Source: Polymyxa betae A26-41 (Eukaryota; Protista; Endomyxa: Phytomyxea). Taken from it: a stretch of DNA of 64,000 nucleotides. The first letter of the stretch is position 1. Each line of letters begins with the position of its first letter. Below are positions 36,429 through 48,227 of the stretch, in pieces. The notes below the pieces were generated by a model, which searched no databases, was not told where the DNA came from, and was given only the letters and a program-made list of their open reading frames with translations. A program made the position numbers and the translations under genes. The DNA lies in the NCBI GenBank assembly GCA_003693705.1, contig RBZT01000673.1, positions 62,001-126,000 on the forward strand, written 5' to 3'.

Positions 36429-36722
36429 AAAAAACTGAGGTCTCACGTCTGAACGTTGGTACGTGATCCAAGCGGCCATTCAGGTCAGTGTTCCTTGCAC
36501 TAGCGACGGTGGGAAGTATTCCCTGCTCCGTTCCCGGCCTTAGGCGGTCCCTCCCTCATTATCAACCGAGACAGGCCTCCCTCCGGAGATCTGCCACTGT
36601 TGACCGCCGCTTTGCAATGGGCCGACCCTCAACATGGCGCAGCCTGGGCGTCCCAACGCCATCAGCCATCCACACAGTCGTAGTCCCCAACTGAGGCCAC
36701 AGGAGTGCGCTACGCTCCCGAC
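36429..36722 (-). ncRNA. Signal recognition particle (7SL) RNA, copy 1
   Basis: 294 nt, with an Alu-like 5' end GTCGGGAGCGTAGCGCACTCCTGTGG, the helix-8 motif AGGCCGGGAACGGAGCAG and a T6 terminator. Confidence 0.9.
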
Positions 36723-36779
36723 TGAACAAAGATATCAATACGATCCTTATATTCGGAGTTCTAGAAACTGCGATTCCCG

Positions 36780-36790
36780 TTATGGGACCT
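36780..36790 (-). promoter_or_regulatory. Upstream element AGGTCCCATAA of 7SL copy 1 (-68..-58)
   Basis: Exact match to the U6 element; TATAAG lies at about -29..-24. Confidence 0.8.
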
Positions 36791-36952
36791 TTTCATCTAC
36801 ATAATATGAGTATATGACGCATGGAAAATGCATTTAAATGCTTCAATAAAAATTTCATACTAGTACTGCTCAGGTTTAGTTAGGTCCCTTTCTCTAATAA
36901 AATTTATTTCATGGTTTGACAATGATTTTAAGACGTCGTAGCCAAGTGCTCT

Positions 36953-38000
36953 TCACAACAAAGAGTGGAATTCACGTTTGAAAGCTTCGTAGAGCGTAAT
37001 GCTCAGGGCAGCTGATGGAACGTGGCTATAGTCCATATTAGGCATTACAACAAATACGTGATAACATCCCCTACAATCCTACGCGAGCGCCAGCTCCACG
37101 AAACATTCCAAAAACACCTTGGCTGGCGATAGTCGATCTTAAGCCATTCCAGAATCCCTTATATTGGAAATCATGAGTGGCAGATTGTACCTAGATGCAC
37201 GTTAAATCGATGGTCATATTCATTGAGTCGAAAACTTCCACCTGTAATCGTAATTTTATCATATCTAACGGCGTCGTTATAAACGCTGCAATGGCGCCGC
37301 TAAAGGCCCCCATTGCTAACGTTGTAGCATGACCTGGCCGCTCGCTCAATCGTTTCTTCAGGGCTTCGTAAACAGTAAAGTACACTCCGGTGAATGGGCC
37401 GAAGCTAAACAAGGTAGCAAAATAACCACGATATAGGGCACGAATTCCCCCCGGCGAGTAATAGATTCGACGCAGGGCATCAAAATCATTTCTGAAACGA
37501 TAGTGAGTTCGAAACCGCATTCGAAATTCAGGGTTACTTGTAAAGATTCTGATCAACTTGTACTTGTCGACGTTCTTTGACAACATCAATTGGAAGCCAT
37601 AAGAAGCATGAAACCGCCTCAGCCGTCATACCAGCTGCGAAGTGAGCGATAGGCTTGGACTCATGTTGTAAAGCACTCTTCGTTATCTAGTTCAACAAAT
37701 CATAAACTTTCATCGAAACGTCCTTGCATTTTATCATGCCTCATATGTTGTGAAATAAAGTGCACCTGCAGGGATCGAACCGACAACTGCAATACTTAAG
37801 CCACGATAAAGGCTACTCAGCGAGTTCTTTCGTAAGACCTCGAGCAATGATGTCGGCTCCCTGGACGCCTGCAGAAGTGACTTGACCGAGTCGATCGGAT
37901 GGACAGGAATTCTGGCCAGCGACGCTGCTGTTGCGCTGGCTAAGGCAGTCGGAATCAGTCGAAATGAAGAACTGTTAGAATCGCCGTCTGTCGCGACCAT
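36953..38000 (-). CDS. Mitochondrial carrier (SLC25) family protein, multi-exon
   Basis: Px(D/E)xxK signatures (HPIDSVKS, TPLDMIKLRLQ) and LYRG motifs. Confidence 0.92.
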
Positions 38001-39375
38001 TGGTTTTGACGGGATATTCGAAACAGTCTGCTAGCTCACTGGTGAGCTGGAAAAATGGCTCCAGAACTAAATGCTGGACATTTGTATATTTTATTATAGC
38101 TACACAAATATTAAATATTAGGCTGTTGTTATTATAGCAGCAAAAATTGGGATAAATATAATAGCAAAATATTTCAGCCATGTTCCAGCTCAATATCGCT
38201 AGGAAAGTCAAACAGGTCAACAAGCCTTGGATCCTGCGATTCTGAATTGATGGTAGTAGTTGATGAAGCTGGTGACGATTTTGACCCGTCCAGGCTGTAT
38301 CGAGTGAGGCGCCTTGCACGCTCAACCAAATTACGAACTCGCCTTGAATGGTTAGGAGTGTAAGCATCAAAGCTTTCATCCTCTGATGAAACAAGCAGTC
38401 TTCACCAAGTATCAGCAATCAGCCTGAAAAAAACACACTAAAATACCTGACGTCGAACTTATTGAAATCCATTTCCTGGAAAAATGCTGAGCCATCCTGA
38501 AAGCGACAATCTGTCTTTACAGGAGTTTTATAGCTGTCTTCATTATTAGACAAAAGGCACTCCTGCAGAATGTGATGCAGCGGAGCTTGAGTGTTATTCC
38601 GGCGATCCTAAAGGTGTTTGAATAAATGTCGGACGCGACCTGGGCTCTGGATCAGCATACCGGCGAGAAGGTCAGCTTGCAAGCGCGGTCCATGAAAGGC
38701 GTTAATTGAGGCTGGGACATGATGCGTAGAATCCGACCAGACTGATAGACATATAAAAGAATGTTGGAATCCAGCCAATCATGTCTTCACGTTGGCGATG
38801 ACGTTTGCAAGGAGGTCCCGCACATTCTCAAAGTCTTACCGGTTGGGCGATGGCGACGATGTTACCCCAACCATCAATGCTTGAATGTTTATCTAGGAAG
38901 TCTGTCAGCTAGTCACTTTTATGTCGAGCCGATCTGCTTATTGTAGATGAAATCCTGGTCGTGGGTATTCTCAGTCTTTAAAATGGGGCAATGATCAATA
39001 TAAAAGCAAATTGAGATTTTGCACATCTCCAGGCCGTATATATCAGGCATCAGTTGTCTTCTGTGACAATGAGTGAAGCGGATCAGCGCAGCTATAAGTA
39101 GCACTATGGCTGGCTTGCTCAGGTTTCGGTCTTTAAATGGCCATCATGTCGCTACTAATAGAGTTACAAACACAAGGGCAAGGCTATCACATCATCGACA
39201 CAACATTGCTCTGTACAAGTCTGTTATGATTGCACTAGGGGTCGTGTTTGTTGGTTATATTATCATTATTATTGTATTCAATGGTTTCTTTCCGAAACTT
39301 CATTGCTATCTGGTATAGTTTCGCCTTGCTCGTTTACCGCTGGCACTGACATCAGCTACATCTAGGCTAATCATA

Positions 39376-40228
39376 ATGAAATTCCTGTTTCGAAAAATGT
39401 CCACTGTGGCTGGAAAAGTTCAACAGAATCCAGTATGGAGCTCCTGCTTCAATCTGTTACTACAATGCTTAGGTTTATGGACGTGCCGTACTTCCTCAAT
39501 GGTGATCTTCTGTTAAATGCTGCTCCATTGCCTGGTTGGTACTTACTTTCCTTTCATTGAGCAAGTTTATGCTAAGCATTCTCTTAGATTGGGCAACGCA
39601 GAACTATGCAATACACGAAGCTACCATCGGTATACTACCAGCAGGTCTTGAAAAATTACAAAAGAATAACCATAATTTGCCACCTAGGTTAAATCAGATT
39701 CGTTTGGCTCTCTGGCTTTTTTTTTTACTTTTGTGCAGATATCATCTTACTGTTTATAGAAGCAGACTTCACGATCCTGGTAAACGAGATCCGTCCATCG
39801 TTGCTCGTATTATCGACCGATCCACTGACCTTTTTGTGGACATCCACGAATTTGTAAGCATTCAAAAACTCGGTTTATTTGCTCTTAATTGTTTCAGACG
39901 CCCATGTTTCATACCGATGGGGTAACACCTTACCTTCGTTCAATATGGTCGCAAAGCTGGCACCGGTGTCAAAGCTGTGAAATTCGACCCATCGATAATC
40001 GGAGACAATTTTTCATCCCGTTTGAATGGTAACTTTATGTATCGTCAGATTATCCATCAGGAACTCCAACAGAAACACAGGGTCATGCCTCTTGTAGATT
40101 GTCAATATCATGGTATCAATGCCACATGCCCTGCCAAACCTTTACAGCTGTTGCATTACCATTATCAGCTTCCGCTTTACAGCGTTGACCTCGAACATGA
40201 TGGGATCGAATACACTGCAGCGGAATAA
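39376..40228 (+). CDS. Hypothetical multi-exon protein
   Basis: Consecutive + strand ORF segments with intron-sized gaps; no family recognised. Confidence 0.35.
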
Positions 40229-40409
40229 TCAATTGAGTCTACGGAATGGAATGGAAACGTCTTAGTTAGTTGAGTAAATATGAAAGGAGGAATCCAGAAT
40301 CATCAGGAATTTACCGGGTATGAGTCAACGATCGCATGTGACAAATTGACTCCATCGCTTCAAAGGCATTTGCTTGTTTAAATTTGTACTTGGTTACGTT
40401 TTATTCGTC

Positions 40410-40832
40410 ATGGAATTTCTGGGATGTTTAGAGGAATTGGCGTGTTGCTTTGCCTGCGCGTGGTGCTGCAATAAAGCTGTAGGTAAAGCCACTAAGAAGA
40501 AAAATCGTGCCGGACCCTATCCGGCTCCTCAGCAACAACAACAACAACTTTATGATGCCCAGGGACGCCCTGTACAACAGTATTACGATGCTCAAGGCCG
40601 ACCTGTAGTAATAGCACCACCAGCGCCTAATCAACCATACAGCAGCCAGCCTGCTCCATATTCTAACAATCAAGCCCCCAATTATCAAAGCAATCAACAC
40701 CCTCAATACCAAGGCAACCAAGTTCCCTATCAATATAATAACCAGCCCCCTCAAGGATACCCTGCCAACAATGGTCAATATTCCGGACAGCAATATCCAG
40801 GGACTCCAATCCCGCCGCCTGTGCGCCAGTGA
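40410..40832 (+). CDS. Small Pro/Gln/Tyr-rich protein with N-terminal Cys cluster
   Basis: MEFLGCLEELACCFACAWCC, then a basic patch, then a PQY-rich tail; AATAAA at ~40869. Confidence 0.75.
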   Translation: MEFLGCLEELACCFACAWCCNKAVGKATKKKNRAGPYPAPQQQQQQLYDAQGRPVQQYYDAQGRPVVIAPPAPNQPYSSQPAPYSNNQAPNYQSNQHPQYQGNQVPYQYNNQPPQGYPANNGQYSGQQYPGTPIPPPVRQ

Positions 40833-41003
40833 AAGAATGCCAAAGTAGCAGCAGATGATATTAAAGCAATAAACCGCCGAATATACGAGCCGACTAAAGG
40901 TACCGTAGTATTCAAAATTAATTGAAAACTACATGACAAGACAGAAGGGATGGCTAAGTTTGTGACGGGATGAACAGCAACGTCAATGAACTTTCAGTAC
41001 GAC

Positions 41004-41496
41004 ATGTCGACTGCTGCCGTGAATCCTACACCTGCAGCGACCAGTTCCAAATCTACGACAAAGCTTAAGGAGTCAAACTTGTTAGCGCAACGATGTCTGG
41101 CAATAGATAGCTGATCGGCCTCAGGAACGATGGCGAAGAAGGTGCCGCTGCAGCCATTGTCATCCCGCCTGTCATCGTGAAATCCAGTTTAATGCCTCGA
41201 AAGCAGCTTGGGGAAGTTGTAGAACTCGCCAAACGAGTATACGAGATCATGTCGAAAAACGACGGAACACTCTGGAGAGACGCAGCTAAAATACTCAAAC
41301 ATGAACTGGATCGCAGAGAAACACCTGATGCAGCATCATGGCATGTTATTTGCGGTAGACGTATTCAATATGTTAGTAGTGGATTCGCTGAATCAATCCA
41401 GGGACAAACTTTGGAGCCTACGTCACATACGAAGTCGACCAAATGGCGTATTTGAACATCGGTCACATCGACATCTTGGTTTTCAAGCACGCATAG
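41004..41496 (+). CDS. Dynein light chain type 1 (LC8/DNAL4-like), multi-exon
   Basis: AKILKHELD..WHVICG|TNFGAYVTYE..YLNIGHIDILVFKH. Confidence 0.88.
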
Positions 41497-41713
41497 CGCT
41501 AATACACAATCTTACTTTGATTGTCGTTCATCTTGCCTTCTCGACTATGCATCTCTGCACTCATGCTTAGATCGTCGCAATCAAGACCATAATTGATTCC
41601 AGTTGTAATAAAAAGCTGACGTTACATTTCTCCATGGTAATGTACTGTAGTTGTTGCGCGTTTAAGCAGATTGTCTCCAGGTCTCTTTCGATAGTTGGAC
41701 TATTGACAGTCGA

Positions 41714-44700
41714 ATGGCATCTCGGGTTCGGATCCGGCATGGATCATCTATGGACCTAGCATCCGACCAGCATGCTGTCGCTGAGGTCCAGCGTTTGCTA
41801 TCGCGTCTGGATGGAGCAACGGCCGCGATCAGAAAAATCACAGCCAAGGCGGCCATCCGCGAGTTCGCCAATTATTACTTCGACCATATGCCCAGTTTGG
41901 CGAACCATCCAGATACAGTAAGGGCTTTATTGGAACAACTGATCGCATCCTCTGGAAATGTGTCCTGGAAACAAATGCGGGAGCTGAAGAAGTCCAGGTG
42001 CAGATATTTCTCTATCTACTTTTCAGTTTTCGTCCATGCTGCACTTTTGTTTTGAAATGTCTTTACATGATTAAGTTGTGCCTTATTTTTATACTGGTAT
42101 TCCATATCTTAAACAAATTCTTGCCGTAATCTCAAAAGCTTCAGCGTTCATGCGTTGGAGCTGTTGGGCCGATTGTTGGATAACGAGACGAATCAAAACG
42201 CAACTGAATTTCGTTCTGCAATGCATTCAGTCTCGGTCAAGGTAGGCCTTGGCCGCAACAGTGGCATCTTTACTGACTCATCTTTTGGATAGAGCTTTCG
42301 CGATATGAAGCTCGATAAGCATTTGACTTCGAGCAATTCGCAGCCAGACGTCGCCTGTCTTGTCACTTCACTCATTCTCGAGCTTCGATCTGATATTACA
42401 CTGGACCTTATTGTCGAATCAACCGCTGCCCAAGATACTTACTATGAATGGGAGGATGCGCAGAATCAAGAAGCGAACGTTGAAATTGAAGCTTCCCCTG
42501 GAGGAGGCGGATATTTTGATGTCAAAACTGTTGTCGATCCCATCAAGTGGACAGAAGTAGACGTCGAGGAGCTCTATCGGTTGGTCGAATCATTCAACGA
42601 TCCCAACGAAGATTCGGAAGAGAACGTCAAGAAGAGCGATAATCTTGGAATCGAAGCTGAAGAGGCTGAGGTTTCCGATCCACTAGGAATTACTAGGATA
42701 GATTCGAAACGTTTTCAAAAATCGAAAACGAAATCAAAATTCTGGGCAAAACGTTTGCGTTTCGTCAAGAAGAGATCTTCGGAGGAAGACGACAAATATC
42801 CAAAACAATTGGCTGAAGTTCCAGAGGAAAATGCCCCTGAAGGGCATGACGACGAAGGTAGCGAACTCGTCAATGATTCTCAAGTAAGGCCAAAACTTTT
42901 GATTTTTATTTCGACATTAGACAACGCATAATATGGTTGCTTCGTGAAAACTGTTGTATTCGCTTTACCAACGCAACATGATTTGATGCCAACTTTCTGA
43001 AGTTAATCCATATTCTGTATCCCAGCTTGCCTTGGGTTCAAGCTCACCATATGAGCAAGACTTTAATCCTGTTCTTTTCTTGTTGGACGTTCATCGTTCA
43101 ACTCCGTTCAACCAGCTCGAGTTTGGCATGGCAAACCTGCGGAAAGTAATTCTGATGTGCATATGTGGTGTAATCGACGTTGATATGGGATTGCAGATTG
43201 TTAACAATAGGCAAAACCTGATGAGAGAACTAGTTCGTGATAATTTTGACGAGTTTGTGAGCTGCAAGGATGCTATCGATTCAATGTAAAGAAAATACGT
43301 TCGATTTTAGCTTTAGTCTTTGCTGTTATTTTTCGCTCAATCTCTAGCATAGACACGATCTGTGTTCCACTGAGGTCAAGCTCAGTTCATCTGACAAAGT
43401 CTCTCAAAGCAACACCGGAGCAGTCTTGCCACTTCTTAAAGCAGTTTGTCAAAAAATGTCCCAACTATACTCTCCTCTATTTCAAAGAAAAGACGAAGCT
43501 GATCGCATTCGCCACGTTTTAACTATTTTGAGGAGGTTCAGTTTCCTTTTTAACATGCCTGGTGTGCTTCAAAACAACATCAAGGTTCGACCACGGTTTA
43601 AGCCCGCCTGTACTGATATGGGTTTATAGCTTCAAAAATACGACGCTGTGGTTCGCGACTATCGCAAGCTTGCCCAGGTTAAAGAGATCGACGTTGATCT
43701 TCTCGGGGAAATTATTGCTGAAATTCATCTCATCATTGATCGATTCCGCGATACTCTCCTGTCAACTTTAAGCTCGCCAAATGGAAATTTTGCCGAACAA
43801 ATTAGAACAATAGGGTATTGGTTGATCAAGCCTCATCAAATCTTTCTAATGTAATGGCCGCTTGTAGAATTCTCTTCGAATTAGAATCTAAGGAGGATCC
43901 GGCATGTTATTTTTTGAATTATCAGTTTGATTTCATTTGCTCTGAAATTGAGCGAATGAAAGGCAATCTTGAAAGTAATTTGTTTTATCTCTATAACGCA
44001 TACTCCTCACTTGTCCGTTCTAGAGATGGCTTCCGAAGATGAGAAGGTGAAAGAAAGAGTTTGTATTGAATGCATAGAGTTTGTCGAAGGGATGCTCAGG
44101 TATCGTGACCCCAACTGAAAGGTTAGTATTTTACATTTTCCAGATCGCGGCTTTCAGTTTTATGGAAGCTTTCTTCAGATCTGTCTTCTGGTCAAATCAA
44201 TAAGGTATTGCCTATTAGCTGGATTCTTCATCCTTTCAGTATTTTTTAGGGTCACAATGCTGGGAGATCGAATAAGAAGGTGTTTAACAGGTATTGTGTG
44301 CATGATGTATCCGGTTAAAGTTTACTGATTTGTTGAATTGCAACAAGATTCTATGAGCATTTTCAAACAATGAGCTCGAAGCTCTGCTTGTTAATTTCAA
44401 CTCTGCTCTTTGCTGGCGACAAACTACAATTGATATCAACTGCAACCGAGAAGACAATTGGTACGCTACTTTCTCTTTTGGAGTTTATTAGTGAATTAGA
44501 GCTACCTCATGTAAGTTTTAAATTTTCGTTGCCTGTAGAATGTTATCCCCTTGTAGGAATTGACCTATGAGTTTCACAATCTGTGTCGTGAATGCTGCAA
44601 TAATTTTATCGAGCAAATGTTTTGCGATGTTGCCTTCAAAATTCAAATTCCGATTAAAGATGATTTATGGGTAATTATTGTCATTTTCTGAATCAAGACC

Positions 44701-45978
44701 CTTATTATAGCAACCAGCTAATCGATGAAAAAACTAACCATAGAGGTGTTATTGTACTCTTTAGTTATGTTCGAAGCTTGATTCTTCGGGTTTTGCAATC
44801 AATCGCAGGCTTCAAGAAGATTTCTCCTAGCTGCATTGAGGATCAATGGATTTCTGCTCATGTAGGCGTTTGCTTGATAATGCACCGTTCATGACTGTTG
44901 ATGTTTAGGTTGGGCCTCCTCTCTTGGAAATATTCTGTATTGTGTTTGACGGCATTCACGAAGCAATCATTAATTATAAAGTGACGCCATCAAACGATCA
45001 CTATGGAAGTTCTAAGCCTGATCAGGAAGCTCCAACAAACAATACAGCCAAGCAATCTCACACTGTACGCGTTTATCCCTAGTTTTCAGCCACCGTTCAT
45101 GACTTACCAGGATTCCCGGCTGATTTTGACTCTTCACAATTTGACATATTGTCGCAATGCTATTATCCCTAAAATCTGGGATGCTTTCGTTGATTTGACT
45201 CCTGAATTTTCTTCGAGCGCGCTCGACTGTAAACTCCAGGTATATCAAAACAGAGATTGCTTTATTTTACACCTGATTTCTTCTCAACAGGAAATCATCT
45301 CTTTAACATTAGTGTTGGAACAACTGGCCTTGGATTCATTTTTGAAAAGGCAGACTCTGGCTATTAACGAGATAATTACGGAGGGAGTCTTGCTTTCAGC
45401 ATATCCATGGGAGGATGCTCCTGAACTGCAGGGTTGGATAGTGTTTATCATCGACGCCATGTGATTTCAATGTTGTTGTTTAGAAGTACGCGGATATGTA
45501 TATGAAATTTTAATTAAGCTTGTCTTCGTGCACGACCAACTGTCATCTGTTGGCGCTAGTCCGACTCTCGCAGCAAATGTTGTCGCAGACCTTCTGTTCC
45601 ACCTGTTGACTGCTCTCCAGACTGCAACATCCTTTATTGACAAGTTCACGAGAAATGCTTACAAGTACTTTCTAAACGACTGACATCATGAACATTTTAG
45701 GTTTAACTCGGCTGGATGCGAACAACTGTTACTGGAGATTGAGTTCATCGAGACGTCCTTAAGCAATATCGTTCATCATCGAACCGAGATCACTCCATTG
45801 CTTCGTGAAATCAAATCGCATCTGCTTGACGGAATTCTGGATTCAGTATCAGGTGTTTACATTTCTGTTTGGTTTACTTGGTGATAACACTGTTACCTCG
45901 AAGGTAAAAGATCAGAGTTCTTGCAGAATGCGCGGTCGTCTAGTATAGCCATGTTTGGTTGTTTCACAGGGGCTTAAG
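41714..45978 (+). CDS. SEC5: Exocyst complex component Sec5/EXOC2, multi-exon
   Basis: DFNPVLFLLDVH..L..G..NL, LVRDNFDEFVSCKDAID, ADRIRHVLTILRRFSFLFNMP, YDAVVRDY; ends MFGCFTGA. Confidence 0.9.
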
Positions 45979-47126
45979 CAAACTTTGTTGTAACCTGTCT
46001 CAATGGTCATATAAATGTATTTAATCTAGATAGCGATCCTATTGTTTCAGTTTCTGTCATTTTCTGCGTGTCGTAGTTAGTGCTGCGGTCGTTCATGTCT
46101 GTCTGGGGGCAAATGCTCTAAACAGTGCGGAGTGCGATGTTGGGATTTGTGCATGTGTGCATGCCGATATGTTGTCATGGGACATACATCTCACATCTGG
46201 TTGTCAGCATACTGACTGTCTGCTTAGACCCGGAGCTTGGCATGCTATCTCCAACAACGCAGCAACACCTAAAGACACTTGGAGATCAGGCCGATTGGAA
46301 CACTTTGGCCTTCATAGGAGCTGCAACGTCTTCCATGGTTGCTGCACTCTGCTTTCTAAGGTCGATAGATGTATACTCTAATGGCTCTATTACTTTGAAT
46401 AGGGTATCATCCTTTAGTGTAACAGCGCGGTAAAGCATATGCTTTAAGTTCTGTTGTTTCAATCTCAAATGCTGAGGCTCTTAGGTCATTGTGGTGCATG
46501 ACTCCTTGAAGTTGAGGTTTTTCTAGCGACCAACAGACAATAACATTGTTGGTTGCTTTAAAGCACAGCCAAATCATAATGGCTTTCCACCATCTTCTGT
46601 TGCGTCAGATGCGATATTTCGTTTATCGATTATCGGAGATGATGTTTATTGACTTGCGTTGCTCCTTGGTTCCGCTTAGTTGACTCCGTTGAACTAGGCC
46701 TTGCTGGACCAAATTCCGCATTCAGCGCAGCCTTCTTTCCATTGATGCTTTGCCGTCATACTGCGAATCGTCCCGACAATTCGTCTAATTATAGTCGCCA
46801 GATGCTTCACGACCAGATCGTTCAGTGTCATGTCTGTACGGTCTTCCTGCCGTCGGCACCTGCTGCTGCTGTCTCCAGCAATACTTCTGGTTTTTTGGCG
46901 GTAGTTTTTTCGCCTCTGGTTGGCATTTTAGTTTGCGTTGTGTTGATCTTTAATACTCCGTCTTTATGTAAAGTTTACAGTCTGTACTATGATGTGTTTT
47001 ATTCTGATGTAAGAGCAATCCATTCATTTTCCAAATTCATGGTACCGCTCTGTCCGATTCTGAATTCGTTGCCAGAATAATTATGTGCTTTAGACGATAA
47101 ATTAAACGATATTTACAGGTGCTGTT

Positions 47127-48227
47127 TCAGTCATTCGTTGACTTGTGTATGCGCTTATGTGCGTTCAGCGACCAATGGGCTTTGAATACTTTACAACAAG
47201 TACCGCAGACGTATGAGCTCACAGCATGACGATACGCGTGCCTCTTCACTTTATGGAGCGACCCATTCGGGATCCTTTTACCGCAAACGCAATCGTACAG
47301 CTCGTTGCCCTCTGGATCCTTCCATATCCTGATTCTATCAAACGGGGACGTTTTTCCTTCAAGTCCCACGAAGACCAGGTTCGCGTAATACTGCTGGTGC
47401 CTTTTCTCGATTCGCGAAGTATCACCTGCAGGTGGTAGTGGCGTTTTTGACGGCGCTGTCACGGTCGTACACGACGACGCCGGAGCTGGCTCGCAGCTGG
47501 AGACGGAACTCTGTGAGACTGGCGACGAGATGAACATTGGCGAGCTCGATGATGGTAAAGAAATCAGAAACCCTGGCGAAGGCGGTGCTGAACTTGGTAC
47601 GAAACCGACTGTCGAGTTTTGCTGCTGTCGTATCAGGACAGTTCTGCGAAGCGAATCCGAAGACGATTGCGGGCCTCCTGAGAATTTCGGGGGGCGATAG
47701 ACTGATGGAGAAACCGGCTGCGATGTGAACGCAGACGTCGTGTTATCGGTTCTAATGGCCGGAATTGATTGTACAAACGCTGATCTGGCTGTGGGGACCA
47801 GTACGGAGGGCGACAACGGCGCTGGCGATCCATCCGAGTAGTAGCCGAATGGTGACCCGTAGGCCTGGATCGGACTGGGAATCATGGTCGGCGTTGCCAA
47901 CGCTGGCGATGTACCGGAGAATATCATGGGCGGAGGCGTATACCCGATGCCGAATGGCGATCCATAATGGATGGCCGGCGAGGCCGCCATGCTCGTGTCC
48001 AGAGGGGGCGGGCGTTGCTGCTGGCGCTGCATCGAAGAATTGGCCCGAGCCAGGTCCTGGACCGCAGTTTCTCCGGGCGCAGATTGGCAAGCTGTTGACC
48101 GGGTCATACTGGCTCTTCCAGGACGTCGGCAACGTCGTGGGCTGGCCGGATTTAGAATGGCAGCATGCGGCGCATGCAACGAACAGATGGCTGCTCGACC
48201 CGCGTTGGTTTTGACCAGGTCCACCAC
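47127..48227 (-). CDS. C2H2 zinc-finger protein with Ser/Pro-rich N-terminus (start may be the internal ATG at 48107)
   Basis: YDCVCG..H...H and YVCGTCCKVFKAHWSLNAHKRIH. Confidence 0.85.
   Translation of the reverse strand: MVDLVKTNAGRAAICSLHAPHAAILNPASPRRCRRPGRASMTRSTACQSAPGETAVQDLARANSSMQRQQQRPPPLDTSMAASPAIHYGSPFGIGYTPPPMIFSGTSPALATPTMIPSPIQAYGSPFGYYSDGSPAPLSPSVLVPTARSAFVQSIPAIRTDNTTSAFTSQPVSPSVYRPPKFSGGPQSSSDSLRRTVLIRQQQNSTVGFVPSSAPPSPGFLISLPSSSSPMFISSPVSQSSVSSCEPAPASSCTTVTAPSKTPLPPAGDTSRIEKRHQQYYANLVFVGLEGKTSPFDRIRIWKDPEGNELYDCVCGKRIPNGSLHKVKRHAYRHAVSSYVCGTCCKVFKAHWSLNAHKRIHKSTND

Noticed and set aside
36488-36694. Identical 68-aa ORFs MFLALATVGSIPC.. here and at 60135-60341
   Set aside because: They are antisense to the 7SL RNA genes; the identity reflects RNA conservation, not protein coding.
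46050-47100. Short ORFs between SEC5 and the C2H2 gene
   Set aside because: No motifs or consistent exon chain found.
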